Assembly: GCA_031401375.1 (NCBI GenBank)
Contig: JANNRN010000044.1
Coordinates: forward strand, 1 to 50,413
Length of the DNA: 50,413 nucleotides
Source of the DNA: Phyllobacteriaceae bacterium
Lineage (GTDB): Bacteria > Pseudomonadota > Alphaproteobacteria > Rhizobiales > Rhizobiaceae
Direction of reading: 5' to 3'
The notes under the pieces were generated by a model that saw only the letters and a list, made by a program, of their open reading frames with translations, did no database searches and was not told the origin of the DNA. This document shows, piece by piece, positions 11,543-20,714 of the stretch. The position numbers were made by a program, and so were the translations under genes. Numbering within the stretch: position 1 is the first letter of the stretch; each line of letters starts with the position of its first letter.

Positions 11543-11947
11543 TTACTCGGCTGCGGCAGCTTCGACTTCGGCTTTCGCCTCAGGCTTGGCTGTCTTGGCG
11601 GGCTTTGCGGCGGCCTTCCTGGACGGCTTGGCGCCGCCCGTGAGGATTTCCGCAATACGCACCGTTGTCAGGTGCTGGCGATGGCCGCGGGTGCGCTTGG
11701 AATTCTGCCGGCGGCGCTTCTTGAAAGCGATGACCTTGGCGGCGCGGCCCTGCTCGACGACTTCCGCCGTCACGATCGCACCTTCCACTGTGGGCGCACC
11801 GATGGCCGCATCGGCGCCTTCGCCGACAACCAGCACTTCGGTAAACTGCACGATGTCACCGGCATTGCCGGCGAGTTTCTCGACCTTCAAAAGGTCGTTG
11901 GCGGCGACGCGATACTGCTTGCCGCCGGTTTTGATGACTGCGAACAT
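11543..11947 (-). CDS. rplU: 50S ribosomal protein L21 with an Ala/Lys/Pro-rich C-terminal tail
   Basis: [25 protein letters not shown].. from ATG 11947. The last ~35 aa are [31 protein letters not shown]. Confidence 0.95.
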   Translation of the reverse strand: MFAVIKTGGKQYRVAANDLLKVEKLAGNAGDIVQFTEVLVVGEGADAAIGAPTVEGAIVTAEVVEQGRAAKVIAFKKRRRQNSKRTRGHRQHLTTVRIAEILTGGAKPSRKAAAKPAKTAKPEAKAEVEAAAAE

Positions 11948-12070
11948 TATTTTCCCTTTCGGTTGTTCGTCCGGCTCATCAGGCACAGGGCCTGCGGCCG
12001 TCTTTTTGTCAGTCTATGACCGGGTTGATTAAATGCATATGGCGCGGAAAGCCCACGCCACACACGGCGC

Positions 12071-12099
12071 GTCATAGGCGATGGCGGTTGTGAAGTCAA
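12071..12099 (-). promoter_or_regulatory. candidate sigma70-type promoter of rplU-rpmA
   Basis: On the minus strand, TTGACT-17 nt-TATGAC (plus-strand agtcaa 12094-12099, gtcata 12071-12076). This implies a leader of about 115 nt. Confidence 0.45.
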
Positions 12100-12271
12100 C
12101 GCGGCGGGCAAAGTTCCTGACATGAACTGCCGCATTGGCCGCCAAGGTTGGCAGAATCGGGGCTTGCGGGAGATTTTGCGAATAGATTGGCTTGGAAAGG
12201 TGGATAGATTCGGGCTTGTTTTGATTGGTCGCCAAGGATAAAACCCGCGCGCCTGACCGGCAGTCCCTTCA

Positions 12272-12361
12272 GGAGAGGTGGCAGAGTGGTCGAATGCACC
12301 GCACTCGAAATGCGGCATGCTCGCAAGGGCATCGGGGGTTCAAATCCCTCCCTCTCCGCCA
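12272..12361 (+). tRNA. tRNA-Ser (anticodon CGA)
   Basis: GGAGAGG acceptor stem pairs with CCTCTCC, followed by G-CCA. Anticodon loop is CTCGAAA, with a long variable arm and T-loop GGTTCAAATCC; 90 nt. Confidence 0.93.
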
Positions 12362-12646
12362 ATCATTTTTGCAAGCAACTGATTTTTTTTGGCGCGGACG
12401 TCAAAGCGCCCATCATTCCGTCCTGCATTTCTTCTCGCAATAGGTGACGCGCGCGTCAATCGATCGGACTATTTGGAGTTGGAATTTTCCAATCACGATA
12501 CATGACCGGGAGGAGGAGAGTTCCATGAAAGTGCCGAAGTTCAGCCAGATGCGTCTGCCTTGATGCAGGAAGAGGATGGCAAGGTCTTGAGCTGGAGCGA
12601 GCAATTCTTCGTCACGCCGCCGTTCGAGGACTTGAGTTCCTTAAGG

Positions 12647-14020
12647 TCAGCGGGAACCTTCACCCAGCAAAATGACGCGCACGGTTTGCAGCAGGATTGC
12701 AATATCCAGCACCAGGCTTCCGTTCTTCACATAGTAAAGATCATACCCGGTTTTCTCGATCGCATCCTCCACCGATGCGCCGTACGAATAGTTGATCTGC
12801 GCCCAACCGGTAATCCCTGGTAGCACACAGTGGCGAATGGCGTAGTGCGCGACCTGCTGCTCGAGCTGGGAGACAAAAACGGGACGCTCGGGGCGCGGCC
12901 CGACAACGCTCATCTCGCCGCGCAAAACATTCAAAAGTTGCGGCAGTTCGTCAATGCGGGTCAAGCGGAGCAATCGTCCAAACGGTGTCACGCGGGCGTC
13001 CCGCTTGCATGCCCAGCGCTGGACACCGTCAGCTTCGGCATTTGTGGTCATTGACCTGAACTTGATCAATGTAAATGTCCGCCCGTGCAAGCCCACGCGT
13101 TCCTGCGTGTAGAATACCGGGCCGCCGTCATACATCTTGATGAAAACCGCCGTGACGATGGAGACCGGCAAGGTCAGCAAGACAAGCGCCAGCGAAAAGA
13201 TCACGTCGAAGACCCGTTTTGCCATCGCGGCGCCGGGCGACAGACCAAGTCTGTGGGAGGCAAGAAACCGCGCGGTCTCGACATCATTGATCTCAAGCTT
13301 GCGCGCCTCACGTTCCACAAGCGTTGACAGCGAAGTCACTCGCACGGAAGGACCCTGCCCGCTTGCAACGGCCGAGGCGCACCAGTTCTTGAACTCGTCG
13401 CCGCCGCCAATGACCAGCTCTTCGGCCTGCGCGCGTTGTACTTCATGGGCGAGCTTCAGCGCCAGGGTGCCATTGAGCGCGGTTCCGGCCGTCAGCGAAC
13501 CGACGACCGCAAAATGCCTGTGGCTGTTTGCGATTTCATAGTTTCGCAATTGAGTCAGGCCTGAATCTGATCCGAAGAAGACGACGCGCCGCTTCAATTT
13601 CTCTTCGAAATTGCAGCAGATGATGCGAAGCGCCAGCATGGAAAGGAAGGCCGAAACGACGAAATTCGCCAGCGCGGTCAAGGTTTTCGGGTTGAGTGGC
13701 TGATGCTGGCCAAACATCATCATCAACGCCAGCGACATCACGAGCGCAAGCGTGAACCGAAGCGGCAGCTTTTCTGCCGAGAGGAATCTTCGCTGATACA
13801 GACCCATGGCAAACGCGGCGCCGACTATGCTCGCTGTCGCCAAGACCAGATTCAATCCGCCATCCAGCGACAACGCGCTGCCGGGCAAAATGTTAACGGC
13901 AAGCACCGCAACCACCACCACGTCCAAGCCAATCAATGTCAAGGCAAGGAGTGGAACATCCACATTCAATACACGCATTTCAACCGCCTCTAAATGCCTG
14001 AAAGCGCCCCTTTCAAGCAA
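12647..14020 (-). CDS. polyprenyl-phosphate glycosyl-1-phosphate transferase (WbaP/ExoY-type priming enzyme)
   Basis: N-terminal TM helices, then KRVFDVIFSLALVLL..PVFYTQERVGLHGRTFTLIKFRSM..DELPQLLNVLRGEMSVVGPRP. The start could be 13978. Confidence 0.9.
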   Translation of the reverse strand: MLERGAFRHLEAVEMRVLNVDVPLLALTLIGLDVVVVAVLAVNILPGSALSLDGGLNLVLATASIVGAAFAMGLYQRRFLSAEKLPLRFTLALVMSLALMMMFGQHQPLNPKTLTALANFVVSAFLSMLALRIICCNFEEKLKRRVVFFGSDSGLTQLRNYEIANSHRHFAVVGSLTAGTALNGTLALKLAHEVQRAQAEELVIGGGDEFKNWCASAVASGQGPSVRVTSLSTLVEREARKLEINDVETARFLASHRLGLSPGAAMAKRVFDVIFSLALVLLTLPVSIVTAVFIKMYDGGPVFYTQERVGLHGRTFTLIKFRSMTTNAEADGVQRWACKRDARVTPFGRLLRLTRIDELPQLLNVLRGEMSVVGPRPERPVFVSQLEQQVAHYAIRHCVLPGITGWAQINYSYGASVEDAIEKTGYDLYYVKNGSLVLDIAILLQTVRVILLGEGSR

Positions 14021-14237
14021 GAAAGCCGGACCAAACCAACTTGACAGAAACCCTGGAGATCAACCGAACTCGCCGAGGCGCTCATTTGCCTCACTTAGCG
14101 GAAGCATTTCAGCCTCCTGTCCGAAGTCAATCACCTTCTGTTAACGAAATGTTTACACATTTTACTGGCGGCGTCGAGAAAAAAATTTGAATTACCGTTT
14201 GAAGCACCAAAGCAAATCCGGTCACTAAATCTATGGT

Positions 14238-15320
14238 TTAGCGTGATTCAACTTCGCGTAGAATGTTCAGAAGCTTCGGCGCAACAACACCCAGAGAGTA
14301 TCTGTCAACAACGGCTTGGCGGCCACGCACACCAAACGACTTTCGCAGTTGCCGATCCTCAATGAGATGGGCAAGGCTTTGCTCCCATTGCTGGTCGGTC
14401 TGCGCAAACAGGCCTGTTCTTCCTGCTTCGATAATCTGCGTGTTTACTCCATAGGGGCTCGCAATGGCCGAGACGCCGCTGCTCATGTATTGGATGAGTT
14501 TGAAACCACATTTGCCGCGCGTTTCTTCATCATCGGTCAAGGGCATGATGCCGATGTCAAATCCGGCAATGTCCGCAGGCTCGCGGGCAAGGCTCCAGTC
14601 GCGGAATTCAATCGGCAAGCCGTCGGTTGCGAAGGCTTTTGATCCGACAAAGACGAATTTCGCCTGCGGATATTTCTGACTAATGCGCGCGAAAACCTGT
14701 TTGAGGTCCTCGACATATCGTGAGCCGCGGGGCGTGCCGATCCAGCCGATCGTGACCTTGCCGCCGCCATCGCTGTCAAGCCGGGGCTTGTACACATCCG
14801 GATCGACAACGGTTGGCAGTATCTCGATTCGCGCTCCCGGCTTGGCATGCTGGCGCGCGTAACCCGCGAGGTGATCGTTGCCGGCAATCGTCGCATCGGC
14901 GAGCGAAATGATCTTCGCGGTTTTTGACCAATCCCGGAGTCGGTCAATCGGATTGCTGTAAGCCAGGGATGGCAGGTATATCGCATCGTCGAAGTCGAAA
15001 ACGATCCGCTTTGTCACCCTTCTCATCATCATCTCGATAAAAGGGGGTCCGAGCGCAAAGGCTTCGCGCAAAACGAACACAACATCAAACCGCGAACTCA
15101 AAGCCACGTCGGATAAACGGCTGGCAAGACCCCCGAGTGTCAAGCCCGCCTTTGATAGGATACCGCCCTGGCTGTACAGCTTGCCAATGTGCCTGGAGGA
15201 CAGGAACGGCCTGACTTCAGTGCTGACACCGTGGGCATTCAAATAAGAAAGAAACTGGTAGGCCCTGAAACGGCTTGACGGTCCTTCGATCGGATGGGGC
15301 AGAACGAACAAGACGCGCAT
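14238..15320 (-). CDS. glycosyltransferase family 4 (GT-B)
   Basis: 360 aa, MRVLFVLPHP.. with a C-terminal GT1-type region ..GFKLIQYMSSGVSAIASPYGVN. Confidence 0.8.
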   Translation of the reverse strand: MRVLFVLPHPIEGPSSRFRAYQFLSYLNAHGVSTEVRPFLSSRHIGKLYSQGGILSKAGLTLGGLASRLSDVALSSRFDVVFVLREAFALGPPFIEMMMRRVTKRIVFDFDDAIYLPSLAYSNPIDRLRDWSKTAKIISLADATIAGNDHLAGYARQHAKPGARIEILPTVVDPDVYKPRLDSDGGGKVTIGWIGTPRGSRYVEDLKQVFARISQKYPQAKFVFVGSKAFATDGLPIEFRDWSLAREPADIAGFDIGIMPLTDDEETRGKCGFKLIQYMSSGVSAIASPYGVNTQIIEAGRTGLFAQTDQQWEQSLAHLIEDRQLRKSFGVRGRQAVVDRYSLGVVAPKLLNILREVESR

Positions 15321-15430
15321 TCAGGTCTTGTCCGCCGGCTCGCACGTCATTGAATTTGCAATTGGCTGCACTTGGCGGCAAATCCCCGGGGCAAGACCGG
15401 GTTTAAGAAAAAGCAGTTCAGAGCGCCGGA

Positions 15431-16471
15431 TCAATTCCTGTATGCCTTGACGATGTCGATAATATCGGGCCAGGGCGCCTGATCAAGATTGTTGAGCATC
15501 CCCTGACCCCAAAAGACAACAAGGCTCAAGTCCGATTGAACCGCTGCCGCAATCATGCTGCTGAGCTCTTTGCGGTTCGGAGGCCGTATCGCGGCGATGT
15601 CATCAGCGGAGATCAGGGATCTCAGATATGATTTTTCGAACATGTCGACATATGAGAATCCCTGATACACCATCAGGTGCTGCTTGTTGGGCAGATTGAC
15701 ACGCAGCCAGTTGATATAGCTCGGAATTGCGTCGGCATAACCAACGATGTTGCCCCCACTGTCAGGGGAGCCGACTTTCGCAACATCTGCCGTCACGGGA
15801 TAGACGTCAAAGCCGACAATGTCGGCGTACGCGCTGAAGCTTGCCACCTTTTGCAAATATTCCGCCCGTTGTTCTTCGCTGGCAAACTCGGGCTTGTCCA
15901 GAACCAGGGGTCCATGCACCATCAGGACCGGGATCGTGCTGTCGATCTCCTTGACCCTGTTGTAGAGCGCCTGAACTTTCTTCAGTTTGATCGACTGAAA
16001 AACCGGCTCGTCATAATTGCTGACACCATAGATTTGCGCCCGCCCAGCACAGGCAATCAACTGCGCCAGCGGATCCTGGTCGAGGTCCGGCATTCCGGCA
16101 TTTTGGGGGTAGACCAGTTCGGCGGGAATGACAATCTTGATGCCGGTTTCGGCCATGGCCCTGAACGCCGGACCGTCGGGACTGCAGGGCGCAACAAAAT
16201 CGGTCTCAAATCCAAGCGACAATGCCGACGGAGCTTCCAAGTATTGAAAAGTTGGAAAGAACACGCTGACGCCATTGCTCTTGAGATGGCTGAAAATGCG
16301 GGCATAGTCCCGGCTCTCGGCCAACTCGACGGGGACGCCCGCCGCCATGAACTCGGTCGCTGAAACGTGCGCTGCACTGAAGCAAAGGACACTTGCTCCG
16401 GTCAGTGCGCGCAAAGAACTGAGAAGACCAAAGCAAATCGATGTGGTCAGGTTTTTGTTGCAGTTTTTCAT
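15431..16471 (-). CDS. secreted hypothetical protein, possibly TIM-barrel glycoside-hydrolase-like
   Basis: Signal-like N-terminus (MKNCNKNLTTSICFGLLSSLRALTGASVLCFSAAHVSA) and alternating beta/alpha-like pattern with YDEP. I do not recognise the family. Confidence 0.5.
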   Translation of the reverse strand: MKNCNKNLTTSICFGLLSSLRALTGASVLCFSAAHVSATEFMAAGVPVELAESRDYARIFSHLKSNGVSVFFPTFQYLEAPSALSLGFETDFVAPCSPDGPAFRAMAETGIKIVIPAELVYPQNAGMPDLDQDPLAQLIACAGRAQIYGVSNYDEPVFQSIKLKKVQALYNRVKEIDSTIPVLMVHGPLVLDKPEFASEEQRAEYLQKVASFSAYADIVGFDVYPVTADVAKVGSPDSGGNIVGYADAIPSYINWLRVNLPNKQHLMVYQGFSYVDMFEKSYLRSLISADDIAAIRPPNRKELSSMIAAAVQSDLSLVVFWGQGMLNNLDQAPWPDIIDIVKAYRN

Positions 16472-16617
16472 GATGCCGTCCTGTATCCAGATTAAGGGCT
16501 CAGGGAACGCTGTTCGCAAGAGCTATCAGCACACAAAAAATCACCGGATTGCAAGGCATATTTTGGCGCAAGCATCCGGTGCTAACAGGCCGCGCCTGTT
16601 GAACAAGAAAATTGCGC

Positions 16618-17595
16618 ATGCTAACTCATTTGCTGCTTCAACGAGACATGATCATGCATTCAGGGGCTGTGATTTTTCCGGAGTCTGGGATTGGCGCTGG
16701 AATGCCCTTGCATGAAAGCGGCACGCATTTGCAGCTATTGGCGGTCGCCGCCCGCGAGATCAAGTCCGGCAGACTGCACTCGCAGCAAGTGATCCGAGTG
16801 CTGGATGTCGGCTGCGGCGACGGCAGACTTATCGCCTACCTGGCTACGGCGATGCCTGTCATGTTCGCCGGACAAGAATTTGAGTTTTATGGTTTTGATG
16901 TTGATGATCACGGCGTACAGCCGGCTGACTATTTCAGGCAAACTGCGGAGTTGCTTTCCGCCGCGCAGCCATTGACTGACTGGCGCTCTCGACTCGCCTT
17001 GATCTCTGAACGTGATTCATGGCCCTATGCTGACGGCTCGATTGACGTGATTGTTTCCAATCAGGTGCTGGAGCATGTGATTGATCATGACTTCTTCTTT
17101 GGTGAAACGGCGAGGGTTCTGGCTCCGGGTGGCTTTGCCGTCCATGTGTTCCCGTCCAAACACTGCCTGATCGAGCCGCATTTGCACGTTCCGCTGGTCC
17201 ACCGCTTCAAGAGCGAAAACGTCGTCCGCAGCCTCATCATGCTGTTCACCAGATTGCGGCTGGGGATTTTTTCCAAACTAAAAATGGGAAACCCGGACCT
17301 GAGCGCGAAACGCTTTTCAGAAACGCACACGGATTTCATCGTGCGTTTGACGAACTTCAAGTTTGAAAAAGAACTGCATGCCTTTGCCAAGCGTCACCGG
17401 CTGCATTCGAGTTTCAAATATACGCCGCAATACTATGCCGCCAAAATTCGCAGCCTGCTTGGCCTTGCGCCGCAGTACCATTTGTCCAGCCGACTTGGCA
17501 TCAGTTCGAGTTTGGCTGCGATGGTCTGCCGCTATATCGCGAGTTCGACATTTGTTGTGCAAAAGCGGCAGGATTACATCCACGAAGCCCGGTAA
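16618..17595 (+). CDS. class I SAM-dependent methyltransferase
   Basis: Motif I VLDVGCGDGRL and post-I/II ..IDVIVSNQVLEHV..LAPGG. ATG 16618 lies two codons inside the TTG-started track ORF. Confidence 0.8.
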   Translation: MLTHLLLQRDMIMHSGAVIFPESGIGAGMPLHESGTHLQLLAVAAREIKSGRLHSQQVIRVLDVGCGDGRLIAYLATAMPVMFAGQEFEFYGFDVDDHGVQPADYFRQTAELLSAAQPLTDWRSRLALISERDSWPYADGSIDVIVSNQVLEHVIDHDFFFGETARVLAPGGFAVHVFPSKHCLIEPHLHVPLVHRFKSENVVRSLIMLFTRLRLGIFSKLKMGNPDLSAKRFSETHTDFIVRLTNFKFEKELHAFAKRHRLHSSFKYTPQYYAAKIRSLLGLAPQYHLSSRLGISSSLAAMVCRYIASSTFVVQKRQDYIHEAR

Positions 17596-17601
17596 TTTGT
17601 C

Positions 17602-18501
17602 ATGAACAAGCAAGCCGCATTGAGCATCGCGCATCAGGCTGACACTGTCGGCAAAATCGTCAATGCCATGACTGTCGATGTCGAGGATTACTATCACGCG
17701 AATGCGCTCGAAGCGTATTTTCAGCGGACAAAATGGCCAACGCTGGAGCGCCGGGTCGATGGCAACACACGCCGAATTCTCGACCTTTTTGACGAGCACG
17801 GCGTCAAGGGAACATTCTTCATTTTAGGCTGTGTGGCCGAAGAATTTCCGCTTCTGGCAAAGGAAATCGCCCGGCGGGGACATGAAGTGGCCAGTCACGG
17901 CTACGAGCATCGCAAGGCGAACACGCAGACGCCGGCGGAATTCCGCGCCGATGTCTCGCGCGCCAAGAAAAGTCTTGAGGACATTACCGGTGTTCATGTG
18001 GCGGGATACAGGGCGGCCAGCTTTTCGATCAGTCACCTGAACTGGTGGGCCTTCGATATCTTGCGCGAAACGGGGCACGCCTATAGCTCGAGCACCAGTG
18101 TCAAAGGCAATGGCGTGCTGCAAATGCCTCCTGAGCGCAGGTATCCTTTCAAACCCTGCGGAAACGACTTCGTGGAACTGCCAATCACCTCCTATCGGGC
18201 ATGCGGATTGACTTTCCCCGCAGGCGGCGGCGGATATTTTCGTCTCTTGCCCTATGCATTGTACAAGTTTGCCGCAAACGCGGTAAACCGGCGTGAATTG
18301 AAACCAGCCGTATTTTATTTTCATCCTTGGGAGATTGATCCCGGACAGCCCCGCGCCGATGTCAACAAACTGACACGATTTCGCCACTACGTGAATCTGC
18401 AAGTTATGGAGCGGAAAGTTGAACGCGCATTGCACGATTTCCGGTGGGGGCGGATGGACGAGGTTTTTGGCGGATTCCTGCCCGTTCGCTCACGCGATTA
18501 A
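17602..18501 (+). CDS. polysaccharide deacetylase with DUF3473-type C-terminus (the type found in XrtA/PEP-CTERM EPS loci)
   Basis: NAMTVDVEDYYHANA.., GVKGTFFILG and ASHGYEH; family assignment is from memory. Confidence 0.8.
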   Translation: MNKQAALSIAHQADTVGKIVNAMTVDVEDYYHANALEAYFQRTKWPTLERRVDGNTRRILDLFDEHGVKGTFFILGCVAEEFPLLAKEIARRGHEVASHGYEHRKANTQTPAEFRADVSRAKKSLEDITGVHVAGYRAASFSISHLNWWAFDILRETGHAYSSSTSVKGNGVLQMPPERRYPFKPCGNDFVELPITSYRACGLTFPAGGGGYFRLLPYALYKFAANAVNRRELKPAVFYFHPWEIDPGQPRADVNKLTRFRHYVNLQVMERKVERALHDFRWGRMDEVFGGFLPVRSRD

Positions 18502-18593
18502 CCTGCGTTCCAAGCTGTCGTTGACAATCCAATTCCGCAAGGTCAATGAATTGCGCTGTGTTTGGCAGTTTGTTTACGTGAGTTTGACGGTGA

Positions 18594-19877
18594 ATGGCGT
18601 ACAAGATCAGTGACATGCAATCGTTTTGCGAGGGTTTGGCCATCTGCCTGTCAAGACTTTGGCTTCGGCGGCTATCGGCTTCACTCCTTTTGACTCTGGT
18701 CCTTGCTTCGCCCGTTCGAGCCGGGGAGCAAACAGACTACAAGCTCGGTGTGGGCGACGTTATCAGTCTTGTGATCCTCGAAAAGCCGGAGGTATCAGGC
18801 AGCTATCGCATTGGTCCTGACGGCGCCTTTACGGTGCCGGGCCTCGGTCCCGTTCAAGTCGAGGGCCTGACTGCGCGTGAACTGGAACAGCGCATTGTCG
18901 GCATCTCGGCGGCAATGATCAACTCGCCATCCGTTGCCGTGCAGATTGCGGAGTTCCGTCCCATCTATATTCTGGGCGACGTTGCCAGACCTGGCAAATA
19001 TTCCTACATCCCGGGCCTCAACGTTCTTCAGGCGGTTTCATTGGCGGAAGGCTTCTACCGGCGGGGAGGAACCAACGCCGATTTCTCGGAAGTGCTCGCC
19101 GATATTCGCGCCAAACAAGGATTTGCCGCGGCCATGGCGGAACTGGCTGCGATCAAAGTGCGGCTGGCGCGCCTGCTGGCCGAGCAAAAGGATCAGCCCG
19201 GTTTCATATTTGGGGCTGATGAGTTTCCCGCCACCCAGCAGGAAATGATCAAGTCGATTGTTGGCGAGGAAACAGCAACGCTTGAGCTCAGGGCCAAAGC
19301 CTTGGCGGACCAGCGCACTTTGCTGGAAGAGGCGATTTCGATCCGGGTCAAGGAATTGCAAACCTATGATGAACGGCTGGCCTCACAGAACGAGCTTCTC
19401 GCTCAACTTGCCGAAGAGCTTAGCCAGGCGCGTGACCTTCAAAAGAAAGGGCTCGCCACGACCGCCAGGCTGAATGATCTGATCAGGGAAGAACTCAGGC
19501 TGCATGGCGAGGTCATTCAGACCCGCATTCAGGCACAGCAGGTTGCTTCCGCGATAAGTGCCGACAGGCAGTCACTTTCCTATCTCGAAAACTCCCGGCG
19601 TGTTGCCATTGCCGAGGAAATCCGGGCCACGCAGGATCGCATCGTCCAGCTGAAAAAACAGTTGGAGGGCGAACGGGCCGTCATCGAGGAAACTTCTCAG
19701 CTTGGCCTTGGTGTGACCCAAGGGCCCGAGCCGGCGTATGAATACGAAATTCAGCGGTCCTCTGGCGGGGGTCAGCCCCTTGCAAGTCCGGTGGACGCCG
19801 TGCAGCCGGGCGATATGCTGATTGTTCGCCGTTTGCCGTCTCTTACCGGCCCAGACAAGACGTCCTCAACAAAATGA
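18594..19877 (+). CDS. polysaccharide export protein (Poly_export/SLBB, ExoF/Wza-like) with a long coiled-coil C-terminus
   Basis: Signal peptide, then YKLGVGDVISLVI..IGPDGAFTVPGLGPVQVEGLTARELE..IYILGDVARPGKYSY, then a heptad-rich region. Confidence 0.85.
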   Translation: MAYKISDMQSFCEGLAICLSRLWLRRLSASLLLTLVLASPVRAGEQTDYKLGVGDVISLVILEKPEVSGSYRIGPDGAFTVPGLGPVQVEGLTARELEQRIVGISAAMINSPSVAVQIAEFRPIYILGDVARPGKYSYIPGLNVLQAVSLAEGFYRRGGTNADFSEVLADIRAKQGFAAAMAELAAIKVRLARLLAEQKDQPGFIFGADEFPATQQEMIKSIVGEETATLELRAKALADQRTLLEEAISIRVKELQTYDERLASQNELLAQLAEELSQARDLQKKGLATTARLNDLIREELRLHGEVIQTRIQAQQVASAISADRQSLSYLENSRRVAIAEEIRATQDRIVQLKKQLEGERAVIEETSQLGLGVTQGPEPAYEYEIQRSSGGGQPLASPVDAVQPGDMLIVRRLPSLTGPDKTSSTK

Positions 19878-19965
19878 AACCAGTCCCCCAATATCCGTCA
19901 GAGGCAAAGCCCGAAATCAGACATGGGCAGCCGTGTCTTCGCAGCTTTCATCAGGACGGCAGGCC

Positions 19966-20700
19966 ATGAGCCTTTATGAAACCGATCAGTATCTCAAGAA
20001 CAACCCGGGCTGGCACGAGGAAGACAGTCCCTGGAAAGTTGAGCGCATTCTTGAAATGCTGCGCAGGCACAACTTGACGCCAAAAGACATCGTGGATGTC
20101 GGGTGCGGCGCTGGCGCACTCTTGTCACTTCTGCAAAAATCATTGCCGCCGGACACACGGCTTTGCGGCTACGATGTGGCGCCTACGGCAATCGGCGTGG
20201 CGGAAAAGCGCAAGAACTCTCACCTCGATTTTGTCTGCCAGGACATTTTGACCACGCAAAAACGCGGTGCTGAACTGCTGCTGTTGATGGATGTGTTCGA
20301 GCACATTCCCGATTACATGGGGTTCCTGACGGCGCTGAGCGGTTATGCAAAGATGTTCATTTTCCATATTCCGCTCGACATGAACCTCCTGCATCTTCTG
20401 CAGGATCGCCACATTGCCAGCCGGGATGTGGCCGGGCACTTGCACTATTTCTCGAAGGCGACGGGATTGCGCACGCTGGAAGACTGCGGTTACCGGATCG
20501 TCGACTGGACCTATACGCGTGTCTTTGAAACGGACAAGGCGATGCGCAGCCCGCTCAAGCGGGTGCTTGCCCTGCCGCGCTCGCTTGGACTGGCTTTGGT
20601 GCCGGATCTGTCTACCAAAATATTCGGCGGATGTTCGCTTCTGGTGCTGGCAGTGCCGTCGCAGGGCACGTCAACGCCGTCCGGCAAGCTGGCTCATTGA
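19966..20700 (+). CDS. class I SAM-dependent methyltransferase
   Basis: MSLYETDQYL.., motif I IVDVGCGAGALL and ..LLLLMDVFEHIPD. Internal ATG 19966 of track ORF 19822..20700. Confidence 0.8.
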   Translation: MSLYETDQYLKNNPGWHEEDSPWKVERILEMLRRHNLTPKDIVDVGCGAGALLSLLQKSLPPDTRLCGYDVAPTAIGVAEKRKNSHLDFVCQDILTTQKRGAELLLLMDVFEHIPDYMGFLTALSGYAKMFIFHIPLDMNLLHLLQDRHIASRDVAGHLHYFSKATGLRTLEDCGYRIVDWTYTRVFETDKAMRSPLKRVLALPRSLGLALVPDLSTKIFGGCSLLVLAVPSQGTSTPSGKLAH

Positions 20701-20714
20701 AGGTGCCGACACGC

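Noticed and set aside
12362-12646. Possible integrase remnant or att site next to tRNA-Ser
   Set aside because: Reading all frames by eye gave nothing integrase-like, and no repeat of the tRNA 3' end was found at the far end of the EPS locus. It is kept only as a low-interest note.
16584-16600. 17-nt perfect palindrome AACAGGC-CGC-GCCTGTT in the divergent EPS promoter region
   Set aside because: It is real in the sequence but short. It could be an operator or chance in GC-rich DNA, so there is not enough to call a feature.
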